Assembly (NCBI GenBank): GCA_023920165.1
Contig: CP089277.1
Span: 2,294,001 to 2,358,000, forward strand
Length of the DNA stretch: 64,000 nt
Source of the DNA: Curvularia clavata
Lineage: Eukaryota
Direction: 5' to 3'
In this document: one piece after another, positions 44,414 through 58,326 of the stretch
Layout: each line of letters opens with the position of its first letter
Numbering within the stretch: position 1 is the stretch's first letter
Program-made: the position numbers and the translations under genes
Notes under the pieces: model-generated
Databases searched by the model: none
Told to the model about the DNA's origin: nothing
The model's input: the letters and a program-made list of their open reading frames with translations, nothing else

Positions 44414-47400
44414 TCACAAAGCATCCCATCCATCTTCAAACATTGTCCTCTTGACGCTCAACTCCTTCTCGCTCAGATATAGTGGTCGCACAACCTGCAT
44501 GGCACCAGTACCCAACTTGACACTTTGACCCATGATGATACACTCACTAACACCGTCAATAGTATCCGTTTTGCCACGAGCAGCAGCCTCAAACAAGTGA
44601 TCAGGCGTCTTCTCGAAACTGGCAAGCTGAAGCACGGAATCGCGCGTCTTCTGCAGACCGAAACGTGTGATACCAAAGACCTCACCCTTGAATGTCATGA
44701 CATCAGCCAGAAGCTGCATGTGACGCGGATCAATGTCCATGTTGCCCATGACATCACCAATTTCGCGCACAATGGTTGCGCGGGCGGCTTCGATACCCAG
44801 CACCGTCTTGACTTCCATCACGTGGTTGGACTTGGTACTGTACGGCTCTATTCCGGGGGTCGTCATACAGTCCATGAGGCCATAGCCTTCAACGAGCAGC
44901 TGGCATTCGTATTGGCCCTGAGCGTTGGGGCTGCTTTCTTTCTTGATGATGGCACGCGAGCAGTCTGGATAGCCTTTAATGACGACATCCGGAATGAGTG
45001 ATTTGACTTGTTGTACGCGCTCAAAGTATTCTTTGTGGTTACGAGTCGTCTTTGTAGGCCGCTTCTTTGCGGCATTCGGATCGGGGACGTCCACCCGGAT
45101 CAAAGATGAAGTGACGCGCACAGGTGCACCAGTTTTACCCCATTTGAGTGGCTTGTGAGCAAGGATGGCCGCGGCAATCTCATGAGGCTGTACGTCAACA
45201 AAGAGTCTGTTTATTGTGTCCCAGTCAATGCGCATGGCAATGTAAGCACCAGTGGGGTGCCAAACATCTTCAACGTACGAGATGACGTCCCGGAGGTACG
45301 TCTTCTCGACACGCGCTTTGACGATTCGTGCCGCAGACTCGGAAACTTTGTTCGAAAGGTCGCAGGCAATGACGGGAGTCGAGATCGTAGAAGAGGCGTT
45401 GATGATTTCCTTGATACGGGGTACACCTTGGGTGATGGACATACCAGCGACACCAGCAAAATGGAAAGTCTTGAGCGTCATTTGCGTACCAGGCTCTCCG
45501 ATAGACTGAGCTCCGATAGCTCCGACAGCGTGACCAGGCTGGACACGTGAGCGGTGGTACTTGGTCAAACAAAGCGTGATGAAGGTATCAAGGGCGGTTT
45601 GCGAGATCTTTGCGATACCATCGGCAAGACTATACTTGTCCGCATCGGCTTCCGACTGTTTTGTGCCCTTTCTTGAATTAGGTTGTACCACTCCAAGGTA
45701 CGCAAGCGTCGTCTCGAGCTTCTGCGCTTTCTTGAACACATATTCTTGAACAGTATCGAGGAAGTCACGCATGGATTCCTTCTGGTCAATGCCCTTGTCG
45801 GACTGATCACGGTACTCCAGTTGCGTCACACCGTCCAACATGTACCTAGGGTACTTATTTCGTTGAGTGTTCAATCTCGCTTCGGTATATTCGCGGACCT
45901 CCTGAGGCGTTAGACTAGGCTCTGAATTGTTCCAAGTCGAGGTAACGGCATGTGAAAAGGTCCGGTCAAAGTGCACGGGCTTGGCTTTGCCCTCCATGTC
46001 TACGGGATCGAGATTGTCGTCTCCATACTGGAACTGCACAACAGTACCGGATGAGTTTCGGACAGTGTCGTCATACTGGGCGGAAAGATCTTCCAAAGAC
46101 TTCATCAATCGTCTACTCATGTAACCAGTTTCGGCAGTCTTGACAGCGGTATCGACTAGACCCTCACGACCACTCATCGCGTGGAAAATGAATTCGGATG
46201 GTGTCAGGCCAGAGAAGAAACTGTTGCTGACGAAACCCTTGGACGCGGGTTGACGCGCGGCCTTGGGGAAGTGAGGCAGCGTTCTGTGATGGAATCCGTC
46301 TGCCACACGTGCACCACCAATCATCTGTTGTCCGACGGAAGCAACCATCTGGGAGACGTTGATGTTTGATCCCTTTGAACCGCATTTGGCCATGAGTAGA
46401 GGAGAATTCCATCTGCTCAGCTCTTCGAAACAGATGTCACCAGCGGCTTGACGGACTCCAGACAGAATACCACCAATCCTGTTCTCCATTGTCTGCTCTT
46501 CGTCGCAACCGGGGTCACGCTGCAGCTTTCCTTCTTTAAAGTCTTTGATCAGCTTGTCGCACTTGGCGTACGCTTCTTCGACCAGAGCCTGCTTCTTCTT
46601 GTTGAGTTTTTCTCCTGGAGTCACATCACTGATTCCGAGTGAGAAACCATTATTGCTAAGCCATCGGGCAGAAAGCTTGGAAAGCCGGTTCATTCCCTGA
46701 ACAGCATGGTCGGGACCGAAGTCTCGCATCATGACGTAGAAGACAGAATCTTTCTTACCGTCACCAACAGTGGCCTTGTCCATTACGCCGCACATGACTT
46801 CAGAGTTGCGAATGACCAAGTAAGCGTCGTTCTCGTTCAAGTCAGGAGGCTGGTCGCCATTCTTCTTGAATTGCTTGCAGGCGGCCTCGAGATTGACCAA
46901 TACCCTGCACCCTTTGTATGGCCGCATCAGTAGATTGAAGACTTGCTTTCCAGTCCAGAGTGCCTGTGGCTTCCATATCACTGGAGGTGGGATTTCAATA
47001 GGATGCCTCTTGCCAGTGTCCGGATCGAATGCTCCTTCACCGTTAAACATGTAGTTTACAATCTGACAAAAGGTCTTTCGGTCGAAAAAGTTGTTTTTGT
47101 TGCTCAGGAGGTAAGCGGCTGTGATGAAATCCTGGATAGCAGCGATAATTGGTGTTCCGTTCTTCGGGGTAGCCAGGTTGTATTTGACACCCATGAGCTC
47201 GGTGGCTTCTGTTCGGGCTTCTTCGGTTTGTGGGACGTGCAGGTTCATCTCGTCGCCGTCGAAATCGGCGTTGTAAGGATTGCATACACACTCATTCAGT
47301 CGGAATGTTCTCCACGGTCGTACCTTTGCTCGATGACTGAGAATACTGAGCTTGTGCAGAGATGGTTGTCGATTGAATAGAACGATATCACCATCCTCAA

Positions 47401-48895
47401 TATGGCGTTCAACAATATCACCAATCTTGAGTCGTTTTGAGGCTCCTTCAAGCCGATCGCCGCTGCTGTCGAAACGCGAAAGGGCAATGAGCGAGATTTT
47501 GCCTCGTTCCTTGTTGGGACCCTGGTCGTTGAGGATGTAGTTGGCTCCAGGGTACTTGTTGGAGCCATTCCTGACAAGCCTCCTCAGTTTGTCAATGTTG
47601 TACCTTGTGACCTTTTCGGGATACGTCAGGTTCTTAGCTATACGCTCTGGCACCGCGACCTCGTCAATGCTCAGGTTGGGATCCGGACCAATGACTGTAC
47701 GGCCAGAAAAGTCGACACGCTTTCCGGAAAGATTTTGTCGGAATCGACCACCCTTGCCCTTGAGACGCTGTGAAAAGCCGCGCATAGTCTTCTGCAGACC
47801 CTGTTGCTTGAGGCCTGGAGCATCGCTGTTGATATACATGGCAATCTGAAGCTGCAGGAAGTCCCATTGCTCCATAAGGATCTGTAGTGGAAAACCACGT
47901 GCGAGACCGGCGCGAATTATACTGCTGATCTGGCAAATATCTCCAATCTTGTTGGTCACATCATCTTCCGTCGCACCTCCTTCTTGCATGACCGATGGCC
48001 GCAGTGCCACAGGTGGCACTGGCATGTATTCCCAGATCAACATCTCCGGGCGCGCATCCTCGGGTATCATAGCCAAGAGTTCGCAGTCTTCGGGAGAGAT
48101 CTTCTTGAAGAGGTTCAGCACCCGCAGTGGGTGCATGTCGTCAACAGCCTTTTTCAGGTGCTTGTCCAAGTCTGGGTTGGCGGCTTTTGCGGTTTCGAAA
48201 GACTGATCAAACTCGAGCTTGCCGGCTGGGGGCTTTTTTGTCTTGGCCGTGGAGCGGTTGAAGGCGTCATAGCGGTTGTGGATGATCTTGAGGGGATGGC
48301 CTGGCACCTTGCGCACAGTACCCTGGAGGCCATTGCAGTAGGGACATGTCTTTTTCTTGCGGCAGTCTTCCAAGATCCTCTTGGTCACGGCGCCTTTTCG
48401 CAGAGTGTCCATGTCCGGGCGGCGCATGCTGCGCAAGTATCTCCGCCGCTCCACCTCATCGAGCAAGACGCGGGAGCAATCTTTGCATATACAGTTGAGC
48501 ACCTCGATGATGTGCTTCAAGTAGCCGACGTGGAAAGCAGGCAGCGCCAGCTTGATGTGGCCAAAGTGGCCGTTGCAGGTATCGAGACCCTCTCCGCACG
48601 TGGCGCACTTGCCTTGCTTGCTCGATATGCCCATGCGCGTGTCCATGGGCCCGTTGGCAGTGAGGGTGCGCGTGTTGTCGGCGGCGGGCTGGAGGTCGTA
48701 GACATTGCGGTCGGATACTTCGAGGACGGCTTGGTTGACAATGTCCTGGTTGGAGCTGGACAAGGTTACTAGGATTCTTGTCGAGTGAGCTTGCCACGGG
48801 CGAGTTCCTTACTATATGCCAAACTGGATGTGCTTGATGCGCGCGGGGATGCGGTCGACGACCTGCTGCTTGGCCGTTGTGCGCGGCGCCTCCAT
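44414..48895 (-). CDS. RPC1: RNA polymerase III largest subunit; exons 48895-48813 and 48755-44414
   Basis: Catalytic YNADFDGDEMN, GKRVDFSGRTVI, LVDTAVKTAETGY, Pol III-type GEPGTQMTLKTFHFAGVA, SVLQLASFEKT; no CTD heptads. Confidence 0.96.
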
Positions 48896-49527
48896 GGTGG
48901 CGGCGGGTGTGGTGCTTGGGGAGCCGTGGGTGAGTTTTGTGCTATCGCAGGGCTTGACAGGATTGTTGCATAGTCGTTGCGGCGTGAGTCATGTTCCGGG
49001 CGACGATGGCAAGTCGAGGGTGGCTTTACTTTCTCAGTTGCGCGCCTCTGCAGATTTTGGGTGGGGGACCCATCTTCGCGCTACGACGGGGCTGCAGGCC
49101 CAAAGGGCGCTAATGCGGGCGGATAAGCTGATAGCACCCCACAAGGCCGCCGTCGTGACCTGGACGACCATCACCACATCGCTGCCTGCCATTCACTCTG
49201 TGCCCCGCTCAGAGTGACAACAGCCTTGATACATCTCCTGCTTCTTGTCTGCCCGCCCAAGTGTTCTGTCTTTTGCAATTCTCTCCTCCCGATAATACCT
49301 AGCCAATATATCTGTTCTCGCCTCAACCGTGTCTTGCCCTGTGGTACCACCAGGCTGTCCCCCTTCCCCGCCCAATCGCGCCCTCCGCCTGCGCTGCCTT
49401 ACCGCTCTCACCTGGTTTGCCTTCTGCTACTACCGCTCCTCATCACTGCCTGCCAGCCTGACTTTCCTTAAATACAAGCCACTTCTCTCATGACCTCCAG
49501 TGAGCACTCCATCCCATCTCCCTCATC

Positions 49528-51418
49528 ATGCTCGACTCCCGCCTCACCAACCGCCCAGTCTTCCGCGTCGTCCTCCGGGACGTAAAGCGGTACGACACGT
49601 ACGAGACCCGCCAATTCGACCTGCCCTTGAACTCAACCTTCCCTATTGGCCGTGCATCGAGTAATGCTACCAAGAAAGAGCTCATGGCTGCACCACACAA
49701 TGCGTATATTGATAGCCCCGTCATCTCTCGCCAGCACGCTCTTCTCCTCGCAAATTCCACCAGCGGCACCCCCGAAGTCTACATCTGCGATCAAGGCTCT
49801 ATGCACGGCACCATGCTCAACGGCCAGAGGCTGCCGCCCAAGACACCCACTAAGCTCAAGTACGGAGACGAACTCCAGTTTGGCACAGACGTAAACCGTA
49901 ACGAGGGTACGTCGCTCACCTCCTCCCTCCTACCCCACTCCAACTGACCCGAGGCTGACATGCTACTACACAGAGTTCTACGTAGCCCGTAAATATGTCT
50001 TTGAGTCTCAGCTCTCACGCCCCTTTTCGCTTGGCTTCACTGTCCCTGATGCTGAGAGCGAAGACGAGGAAGTGGAACGCCGTGGCAACCACGCCGATCC
50101 GCTAGTCATCGAAGACGATTCCGACGCGGCTCCAGGACAGCTCCACCAGGAAAATCAGGCTGATACTACCATAGCCATGGAAGATATCCCGCAGCCGGAA
50201 CAGCCTGTCAAGCGTTCCCGCTTTGGCCCGGATGTGTATCCTGAGTCCACATTGAACACCACCGTCGTCAAGGATGCTTACGGCGAAGAAAATTTGGACA
50301 AAGATATCCCCGCGTCTGATTTTGAGCCTTACGGGGACTGCACACTGATGCCTCGTAGCCCCAGCCTTTGTGTTGACGACGATGTAGATGATGACATCGA
50401 CTTCGACAGCAAGGCCGGAAGCAGTGACGGCTCCGACATGGACTCCGAGTCTGAATCAGAGATCCAAGATTCGGAAGACGACGTGGACGCCACAGGCTAC
50501 TCTGAAGCCATCACGACTTCCACCACCCATCAAGTCCAATACCCGAACAACGATATGGCATCCGCTTCAAAGCAGCCTCCCAGTGTGCTTCCGCCCAATA
50601 TGTCGGGCCAACATACTTTTGCCTTTGGAGATGCCTACAACGTCCTACCGCGGCTCCAAGGTGCTGACATGTTTGAACTGCAACGTCCTGACAACAATGA
50701 CAGAGCACATGCCGAGTTCCCTCGGTCTGGTATGACCAAGATGGCCAAAACGGAACATCTGCATTCATATGGTGATACGGCTCCACCCCTACCACCTCGT
50801 TCCTCATCCAACCAGACCCCCGGGAGCACCTGGTCATATCCTCCTTTTGGACAGAACGAAGCCCAGGGCTGGTACCAAAGTGAACTCCACACCGGTTGCT
50901 ATGAGGATTTCCTCAACCCTGCACCCGCTTCTCCATTGTCTTTCGGTGAACTGCCCAGTCTGGTATCCCAAGCTGACCGGCTCCAAACACCTCCACCAGC
51001 GCCTATATCAGATGTTGAGGCTTGTACACCATTGCAGCCAGGTCGCCGCACCAAGGTTACAATCGAAGAGATTGTTGAAGAGGTCATTGAACATCATCCA
51101 CCTACGCCAGAATCAGTCAAGTCCAAGAAGCGCAAAGCCGATGCAATCGATGAGGAAGCGATAGTGGCCGAAAAGGAAACGCCCCAGCAAGCCGCAATTG
51201 CAGTTGAGCAGACATCTAGCGGTCTAGCTAACCCAGATTCAGTTTCGGGGACTAATGCAACTCAGACTGCAGTACAGATTGCACGACGCCCCAAGAAGAC
51301 GCCTCGCTCTGTTCTTGGAAAGGTGCTCAACAAGGCCGCCTATCCTTTGCTTGGCGCCACCGGTGCGGTTGTCTCTTTTGCTCTTCTCTCAACTCTTCCA
51401 GACAATTTCTTCATGTAA
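49528..51418 (+). CDS. FHA-domain protein with C-terminal hydrophobic (tail-anchor-like) segment; exons 49528-49906 and 49974-51418
   Basis: FHA motifs IGRAS, DSPVISRQHA, DQGSMHGTMLNG. Intron GTACGT...GCTGAC...CAG in frame. C-terminus AAYPLLGATGAVVSFALLSTLP. Confidence 0.85.
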
Positions 51419-52268
51419 AGAGTCTGCCCATATACCCTCTTCACCTTTCCTTCTTTCTTATGTGGCGTTCATGAAGGCATTGTGGCATACAGAGCGGGGC
51501 GACACAGATATTAAATCACGATAGGAGCAATCTGCAGACCACGGCAGCGAGTGCTATCGGCGTTTCGAGGAACGTCAGGTGAGGCGGCCGGAATCATGGC
51601 GAAGGAACAGGTTCGGTTTGGTCGGCGTTCTGTGTTTTTGCCCGTCTTTCATATACGAGTTTACTTTCATGTCCGATAACGAAATTCATTCTATAAACGA
51701 TTGGGTATTCTTACAAAGAGCTTGCATAGATGTGACATGAAATTTCAGTGACGAAACATGGAATTTGGCGGAGGATAAGATTCCCGTCCTTGTTACTGTA
51801 GAAATTTGGGCGATATGTAACGACTTCCCAAAACAGTATAGTGCATAAAGCTGGCCTGCTCTGTTCCTGTGTCCCCATTTTTATCCTGTTCTCTGAGCAC
51901 CGATGGGCTAGACAAGAGCCGATTCGAGAGCTCCTCAAGACTCATACCTTGTCTGGAGTGATGCTTGGCGGGGCGTATCTGCGTGCGTGAGTACACTCGG
52001 ACTCAAAATGAGTCATTTGAGGCTTGAATGCGTCTGCGCCTCACAAGTCCATCACGTGATGCACCATTACCCTGTAACCATCTTGATGCAGGTTATTCAA
52101 GATCCCGACTATATATGGGCCTTGATGCCTTACCAAGATGTACTCCATCAACTCAAACTACCTTTGGTCTCTAAACAGGGCATTAATCTATCGTTTTACG
52201 CTTAAGACTTTACTTTCAAAGTCTTCTTACTAGAAGTCAACAAGTACAACCTAGAAGAACAACCCAAA

Positions 52269-53556
52269 ATGGTGCACGACACATCGGGATCGGGTGCACT
52301 GACAGCTTTCCCTTGCAACACTTGCTCTCTTACTTTCAAGAGCAGTCTGCTTCAGCGGAGTCACATGCGAAGCGCATGGCAGTAAGTAAACCCAATAATA
52401 TATTCTTTTACTTTCACATCAATTCTTTGGCACTTTGAATCAGAGTTTAAATATTAGGAGCTTCATTTCTGACGGATTTTCTAGCATTAACAACCTTCAA
52501 CGCAAGGTATCCGGTCAACCGGCGCTCTCTGAAGCCGAGTTTGCAGAATGCGTGGAGAAAAATACAACTGGCAGGAGAAAGAAAAGTCGGCATGAGGATA
52601 ACAATGTTGGAGCTAGCGAGAAACACACACAACTGGAAGACTCTAGTGAATCGGACGGACATGCCAGCGAAATCTCAGATTTCGAAAGACACAACGCTGA
52701 CCAAAGAGACCAATCCAGCAAGCAAATCGACACTTCGCGCTTGCCTCTCCAGCACTCCACAACATGTCTCTTTTGTGAACTGGTCTCTTCAAATACCGAC
52801 GAAAATATCTCACACATGGCCAGCGCCCACAGCTTCTTTCTCCCATCGACCTCAAGCTCTATTGCAGCCGTCGAACCCCTCCTATCCTATCTCTCTCTCC
52901 TCATCTATACATACCACGAGTGCATATACTGTGGGCGGGAAAAGCACAGCATACAAGGCGTGCAGAGCCACATGCGAGATTCAGCGCATTGCAAGCTCGA
53001 CGTAAGCTTGTATGAAGATTTCTTCTCTGACGGGAAAGATGCGGATCAGGAGGAAGAAGAGGAAGACAACACTACCGGCACAGAAAGCGACGGATCAGAG
53101 GAGAGCACACGAGAGAAGACAAGGCGAAGTATCAGTCCTAGCACTGACGGGTCGAAGAAGCCTTCCTCCAGAAAGATGCCCAAGGAGAGGATACAACATC
53201 CAAAGCCCCATCTACCGCATGCTCGATCAACAAGCTCGCCACTTCAACAGCAAGTTATTCCCACCGACACCACGTCCCTCCAAACCACCTCATCGCAAAA
53301 TGCATCCCTCACACACTCTTCCCCATCTTCACATCTCCCGCCTCTCCCCTTACCACCAGCACCATCCAACGGCCGCAACTCCGCCCTCAGCCTTGCCGGT
53401 CTCTCCAACACCCAACTACTCAGTCTGGCTAGTCTGGACAAGAAGATGCGCCGGCAGCAAGTCAGTGCGCAGAAGAGAGTTAACCAGCTAGCACTGAGGC
53501 AGCCGGTAAAAGCAATCTATTACAAGACTGAGAATCCAGTTTACCAGGCTGGATGA
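52269..53556 (+). CDS. Rei1/Reh1 (ZNF622)-like C2H2 zinc-finger protein; exons 52269-52381 and 52485-53556
   Basis: CNTC...QRSHMRSAWH|INNLQRKV; CLFC...HMASAHSFFLP; CIYC...VQSHMRDSAHCK. Confidence 0.8.
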
Positions 53557-54308
53557 TTCTGTATGTAAATGTGTATGTATTTAGCGTTTTTGGGCATTGG
53601 TATTGGTGTTGCAGTGGGTATGTGTACATAGTTGGTATTAGAAGAGAATGAGACAGACTGCAAAAAAAAAAAAAATAACATCATCACAACTAACGATGCA
53701 CGAGACATTAAAATTCTAATTTTTAATCTTTGAATTCAGGCACTTGTAATTAGGGGAGGGACTAAGCTAAACAGGTAATTGAACAGGCAATATGCCCATG
53801 CAAACGTCATTCTCGAGTAGGAAGAAACAGAACAGAACAAAAAAAGCCATGAAGAGCAAGAAGAGCACGAAAAACAAAAAACACAAACAAAAAGCGCCAT
53901 ACAGAACAAGAACAGCACAGAGAACAAGACGAGCAATGCAGAACTCAGAACATGCAAAGAGTACAAGGCTTTTTCATATGCCTGGCGAGACAACCTATGC
54001 AGTGGTTGTGATGTGTTGTTGGGGGAAAGGGGGTATACAGCAGTCATGAATCATCCGTCTTTTATGTCCCTAATCGAACGCCTGCCGAAGAAAAAAAGAA
54101 GTGAGCCGTCAGGCTAATATGGTACATGCGAAGCCGAACTAAAAACAAGAAGAGTGAAAACCCGATCCGTGGCTATGCAAACACGCAAACTATGCAAACA
54201 ATGCAATGTCGAAGAGAGAAAAAAGCCCCCGAGGCAAAAGCTCCCGTCCAGTGCGTCCTCGATCAATTTCGGAGCAAAAAAGGGTACAGGCTAAAACAAA
54301 ACAAGCGC

Positions 54309-56717
54309 TTAATTAGAGGAAGGACTGAGCTCTTCCTCATCCGACTCATAAGTGATAATAGGGCGGCCCCATTCGACAGCAAGCTTTTGCTTGTATTCAT
54401 CCGAGTTCATCAACTCCTCGAGAGCAGCCTGCTCTTCGGCATCAAGCTCAATGGGCTCCGCTCCTGGAATATCGTCGAACATGGAAGCAGCAGATGCAGT
54501 GACTGGAGCAGGGGTGGCGGCAAGAAGAGACTCGTTGCCAATATCTGAGAGAACACTTGGCGAAGGGTATGTTGCCTCGCGGAGACGTGACGGCTTAGCA
54601 GGGGTGTGCTTCATGAGCCTCTGGCGCTGGCGCTCAATCTCGGCAACTGGCTGCTGACTAGGCGGGCTTAGAGGTGCGTCAGTGGCAGGGCCTCCTGGCA
54701 GCGGTGCATGCGCAGGAACTGGGGCGGGAGGTGGGGGTTGGGTCCAGATAGGAGCAGCCTCGGTACCGGAAGTCCCAGTGTTTGTGGTCTCAGTGTTTGC
54801 AGCCTCAGCACCTGCTGTCGAGTCCTCATCATCCGAGTCATCAGGTACACTAAATGTGACTCCAATGGAGCTTTGAGTTTGGGTGTCAACTGTTGCTTTC
54901 GTTGCGTTCTTCAGGATTTCGCGGTCATTCTCGCGAATCTGAGCAGCAGCGTCGTGTCCTTGGAGTTCACTGAAGATATTGCTGCCCTGTGTGTGCGAGA
55001 CAGAGTTTGAGAACATGGGAGAAGGCTCGACCGACCGGCGAGGGCGGAAGTCGTGGAGAGAGGCAGAGTGACCATTGCTGTTGTAAAGCTTGGGTGACAT
55101 GCGCGCGGTAGTGCTAGCAGCAAACTGCTCATCAATGGTAGGTACCTCTTGATCGGCAACGCTCGCATTAGACTTGTGTCTCTTGGCCGCATGCTCCTCT
55201 TCCTCAGCCTTCATTTCAAGATAGACAGCCCAGACTGGGACGGTATCATCATCGTCCAAATCGCCGAGCGGATCGCCGAAGCCAGTCTCCCAGGGCTTGG
55301 CCGAGGGGTAGGAGTTCAAATCTTTGAACAGAACAGGTGTTTCGAGGCGCTTGCGCTTCTCACGGAAGGCAGGATCACTTTTGAGCTCGGGGATGACCTG
55401 TTTGGCCCAATCCTCTGCTTTGCGTCTATCGTCCTCATCGACGCCCCTCAACAATACCTTCATCATGGTGTTGGTAGGTGTGCGCTTCTTCTTTGGTGTC
55501 TTGACACGCTCACCGACAGGCGTTGGTGGAAGCGACAGGGTCTCGGTCAATGTATTTTGTGGCGGTAAAGCCTTTGTTGGAGTAGGTGAGGTAACCTCGG
55601 GAGTTGGCTGAGGTTTGGGGGTGGAGGAGAAAAACCGCGATTTGATGGCTGAAAAGGACCTGCTGAGGATATTTCCCTTTTCGACGGGGCGAGTAGGCGT
55701 AGCGGAGGCGTCATTAAATGACCTCTTGGTGGACTGGGCTGGCGAAAGTTCCTTGGTGCCATTATTCTCAGACTGTGTCTCACCCTTGTCTACAGAGGGC
55801 TCAACGCCCTTGGTCTCCCTTGCATTTTGCTCAATTTTGTGAAGGAGCGCGAACGCAGACTCAGTGCCATTGATGAACACTGGTTGCGCGGGAGTCGACT
55901 GGGGTACGTCAAATATGTCGTCCTCGAATTCTGAATTAGACTGGTCAGCTGGTGGGCCATTGCCAACGTCGGAAAAGTGCTGCAAACGAAAGTTCTCATT
56001 CTCCAGACGCATAATCTTGCTCTCATGCGCGAGTAACTGCTGGTCTCTCTTATGGAGCTTCTGCAGGAGGTCCTGGTTCTGAGACTCGAGATCCGTTACA
56101 CGAAGGCGAAGCTCATCAATCTCGACACGCAGCCTGGCATTCTCTTGCTGTGAGGTTTCGGTGCTGGGCGGTTGGAGAAGGAGGGAAGAAAAATGGGGCT
56201 TACGGGTGGTGAAGAACGGGGGCAATTCGTCCTCGTTCTCCTGGTCATTGGCGGTCTCCTTAGGTGCAGACTTTGCGGTCACTGCCCTTCGTTTTTGACT
56301 AGTGCTCTTTGCTGGAGCAGTGCTGCGCGCGCGTTTGGCGGGCCGAGCGTCTTCCAAGCTTCGCTGTGGTGACGCCTGTCCTCCCGCCTTTTCAATTTCT
56401 GCGCGGCTGGCCCTTGTAAGTTTCCTTGGAACAGCAGGTGTTTGCGCGGTCATGGTCGATGAGGTGTTTGTTGAAGTTGTCGTGGAAGTCGCGGATGTTG
56501 CAATTGCGCGTGACGTAGCGCGGGTTTTAGTCACGGTCTGCTGAGACTCTGTCGCAGTCTGCGGCTCAGCCTTGACGGTGGCCTTTGACTTCCGGCCCTT
56601 CCTCTGGGGCGCTTCAGGCGGAGGCGTGCCATGGTCCGAGACAGTGTGTGAGACCTCAGTGGAGGCAGTTGCTGCTGCCGTGCGACGCGTTGAGCGCCGG
56701 GTAGCGGTGGTGGACAT
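54309..56717 (-). CDS. Hypothetical low-complexity protein with a coiled-coil segment (~800 aa)
   Basis: Long ORF with coding-like composition from ATG 56717; heptad region ENARLRVEIDELRLRVTDLESQNQDLLQKL. Confidence 0.8.
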   Translation of the reverse strand: MSTTATRRSTRRTAAATASTEVSHTVSDHGTPPPEAPQRKGRKSKATVKAEPQTATESQQTVTKTRATSRAIATSATSTTTSTNTSSTMTAQTPAVPRKLTRASRAEIEKAGGQASPQRSLEDARPAKRARSTAPAKSTSQKRRAVTAKSAPKETANDQENEDELPPFFTTRKPHFSSLLLQPPSTETSQQENARLRVEIDELRLRVTDLESQNQDLLQKLHKRDQQLLAHESKIMRLENENFRLQHFSDVGNGPPADQSNSEFEDDIFDVPQSTPAQPVFINGTESAFALLHKIEQNARETKGVEPSVDKGETQSENNGTKELSPAQSTKRSFNDASATPTRPVEKGNILSRSFSAIKSRFFSSTPKPQPTPEVTSPTPTKALPPQNTLTETLSLPPTPVGERVKTPKKKRTPTNTMMKVLLRGVDEDDRRKAEDWAKQVIPELKSDPAFREKRKRLETPVLFKDLNSYPSAKPWETGFGDPLGDLDDDDTVPVWAVYLEMKAEEEEHAAKRHKSNASVADQEVPTIDEQFAASTTARMSPKLYNSNGHSASLHDFRPRRSVEPSPMFSNSVSHTQGSNIFSELQGHDAAAQIRENDREILKNATKATVDTQTQSSIGVTFSVPDDSDDEDSTAGAEAANTETTNTGTSGTEAAPIWTQPPPPAPVPAHAPLPGGPATDAPLSPPSQQPVAEIERQRQRLMKHTPAKPSRLREATYPSPSVLSDIGNESLLAATPAPVTASAASMFDDIPGAEPIELDAEEQAALEELMNSDEYKQKLAVEWGRPIITYESDEEELSPSSN

Positions 56718-57070
56718 CGTCCTGCGGCTGAAGTCAGCGAGCGCGACGTGCAGGTGCACCAGGAGACTTACAAGGCAGTTGCTGTACAATTGCCAGTCAC
56801 GGATGATGCGGCGATGAGTGATGCAGCTGCTGTAGACGTGTCGGGATGGCGGTTGCGTGTTGCGTCTGGGGGGTTGTGAGGGTGGAAGTTGGAGTGACGA
56901 TGGACTCAAGAAAGTTGTCAAGGCCCTTCGACGCTTCGGGCTAGTGCGTAAACACCCCAGCCGCCAGTCGTCGAGGCAGGCGCGACACGGGCCAAGGCTT
57001 GGCATGACGACCAAGCTGGGAGCTCTTCATCGGACAGTGGCCAGCAGCCAGCAGCCAGCATCAACATATC

Positions 57071-58326
57071 ATGGAGGGCCTCTACTACAACGTCAAATAC
57101 GGGTACGCATCACGTTCATTCGCAACGAGGCGGGTTTTCTAACATGCATCCGCAGCTACATCGAGGGCATCGTGCGCGGCTACCGCAATGCGCTGCTCAC
57201 CAGCCAGAACTACAGCAACTTGACCCAGTGCGAAACCATCGACGGTATATCACATCCAGTCGCTCCTGTTACCGGAGACAGACTGACACGCTCTAGATGT
57301 CAAACTTCAGCTTGCGCCAGCATATGGCGACTTTCTTAACTCCTTGCCGCCGAATCCATCTACGTCTGCTCTCGCCGCGAAGACCACGGACAAGCTCGTC
57401 GCCGAATTCCGTTATCTCCAAGCAAACGCGACCGGCTCGCTGTCCAAATTCATGGAATATCTGACATACGGATATATGATTGACAATGTCGCGCTGCTGA
57501 TCACGGGTACGCTACATGAGAGGGATACGCGAGAGCTGTTGGAGAGGTGCCACCCGCTTGGCTGGTTTGAGACTATGCCAGTGCTGTGCGTGGCGACCAA
57601 CATTGAGGAACTGTACAACTCCGTCTTGATTGAGACACCGCTCGCACCGTACTTCAAGGGCTCGCTCAGCCACCAGGATTTGGACGAACTGAATATTGAA
57701 ATCATTCGCAACACCCTGTACAAGAACTACCTCGAGGATTTTCACCAGTGGATCAACTCTTGCCCCGATATTGCAGGAACACCAACCGCAGATGTCATGT
57801 CTGAGGTGCTAGAGTTCGAGGCTGACCGCAGGAGCATCAACATCTCTCTCAACTCTTTCGGTACCGAGCTCTCCAAGGCCGAGAGGAAGAAGCTGTACCC
57901 TGAGCTCGGCAAGCTCTACCCAGAGGGAACTTTGATGCTATCAAGAGCCGATGACGTGGAGGGTGTACGCATCGCTGTTGAGAGCGTTTCTGACTACAAA
58001 ATGTTTTTTGATCAGACCGGTCTCAGCCAGGGCAGCGGCGGTGTTGGCAACATGGCAGGTGGCGTCGGTGGCGAGACAAGAAGCTTGGAGGATTTGTTCT
58101 ACCAGAAGGAAATGGAGATTTCAAAGCTGGCCTTTACTCACCAGTTCACGCACGCTATTGTCTACGCATGGGTTAAGCTACGGGAACAGGTATGTTACGA
58201 TCATAATAACTTAGCGAGTATGATAGCTAATTATCTTTGTAGGAGATTCGAAACATTACATGGATAGCTGAGTGCATCGCGCAGAACCAGAAGGAGCGTA
58301 TCGGGAACTACATCAGCGTGTTCTGA
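57071..58326 (+). CDS. VMA6: V-type ATPase V0 subunit d; exons 57071-57102, 57156-57244, 57297-58189, 58243-58326
   Basis: MEGLYYNVKYG|YIEGIVRGYRN, YGYMIDNVALLITG, LERCHPLG, EIRNITWIAECIAQNQKERIGNYISVF; three canonical introns. Confidence 0.96.

Noticed and set aside
56718..57014. N-terminal extension of the 901-aa ORF
   Set aside because: Composition is promoter/UTR-like, in the region shared with VMA6; MSTTATRR at 56717 is the more plausible start.
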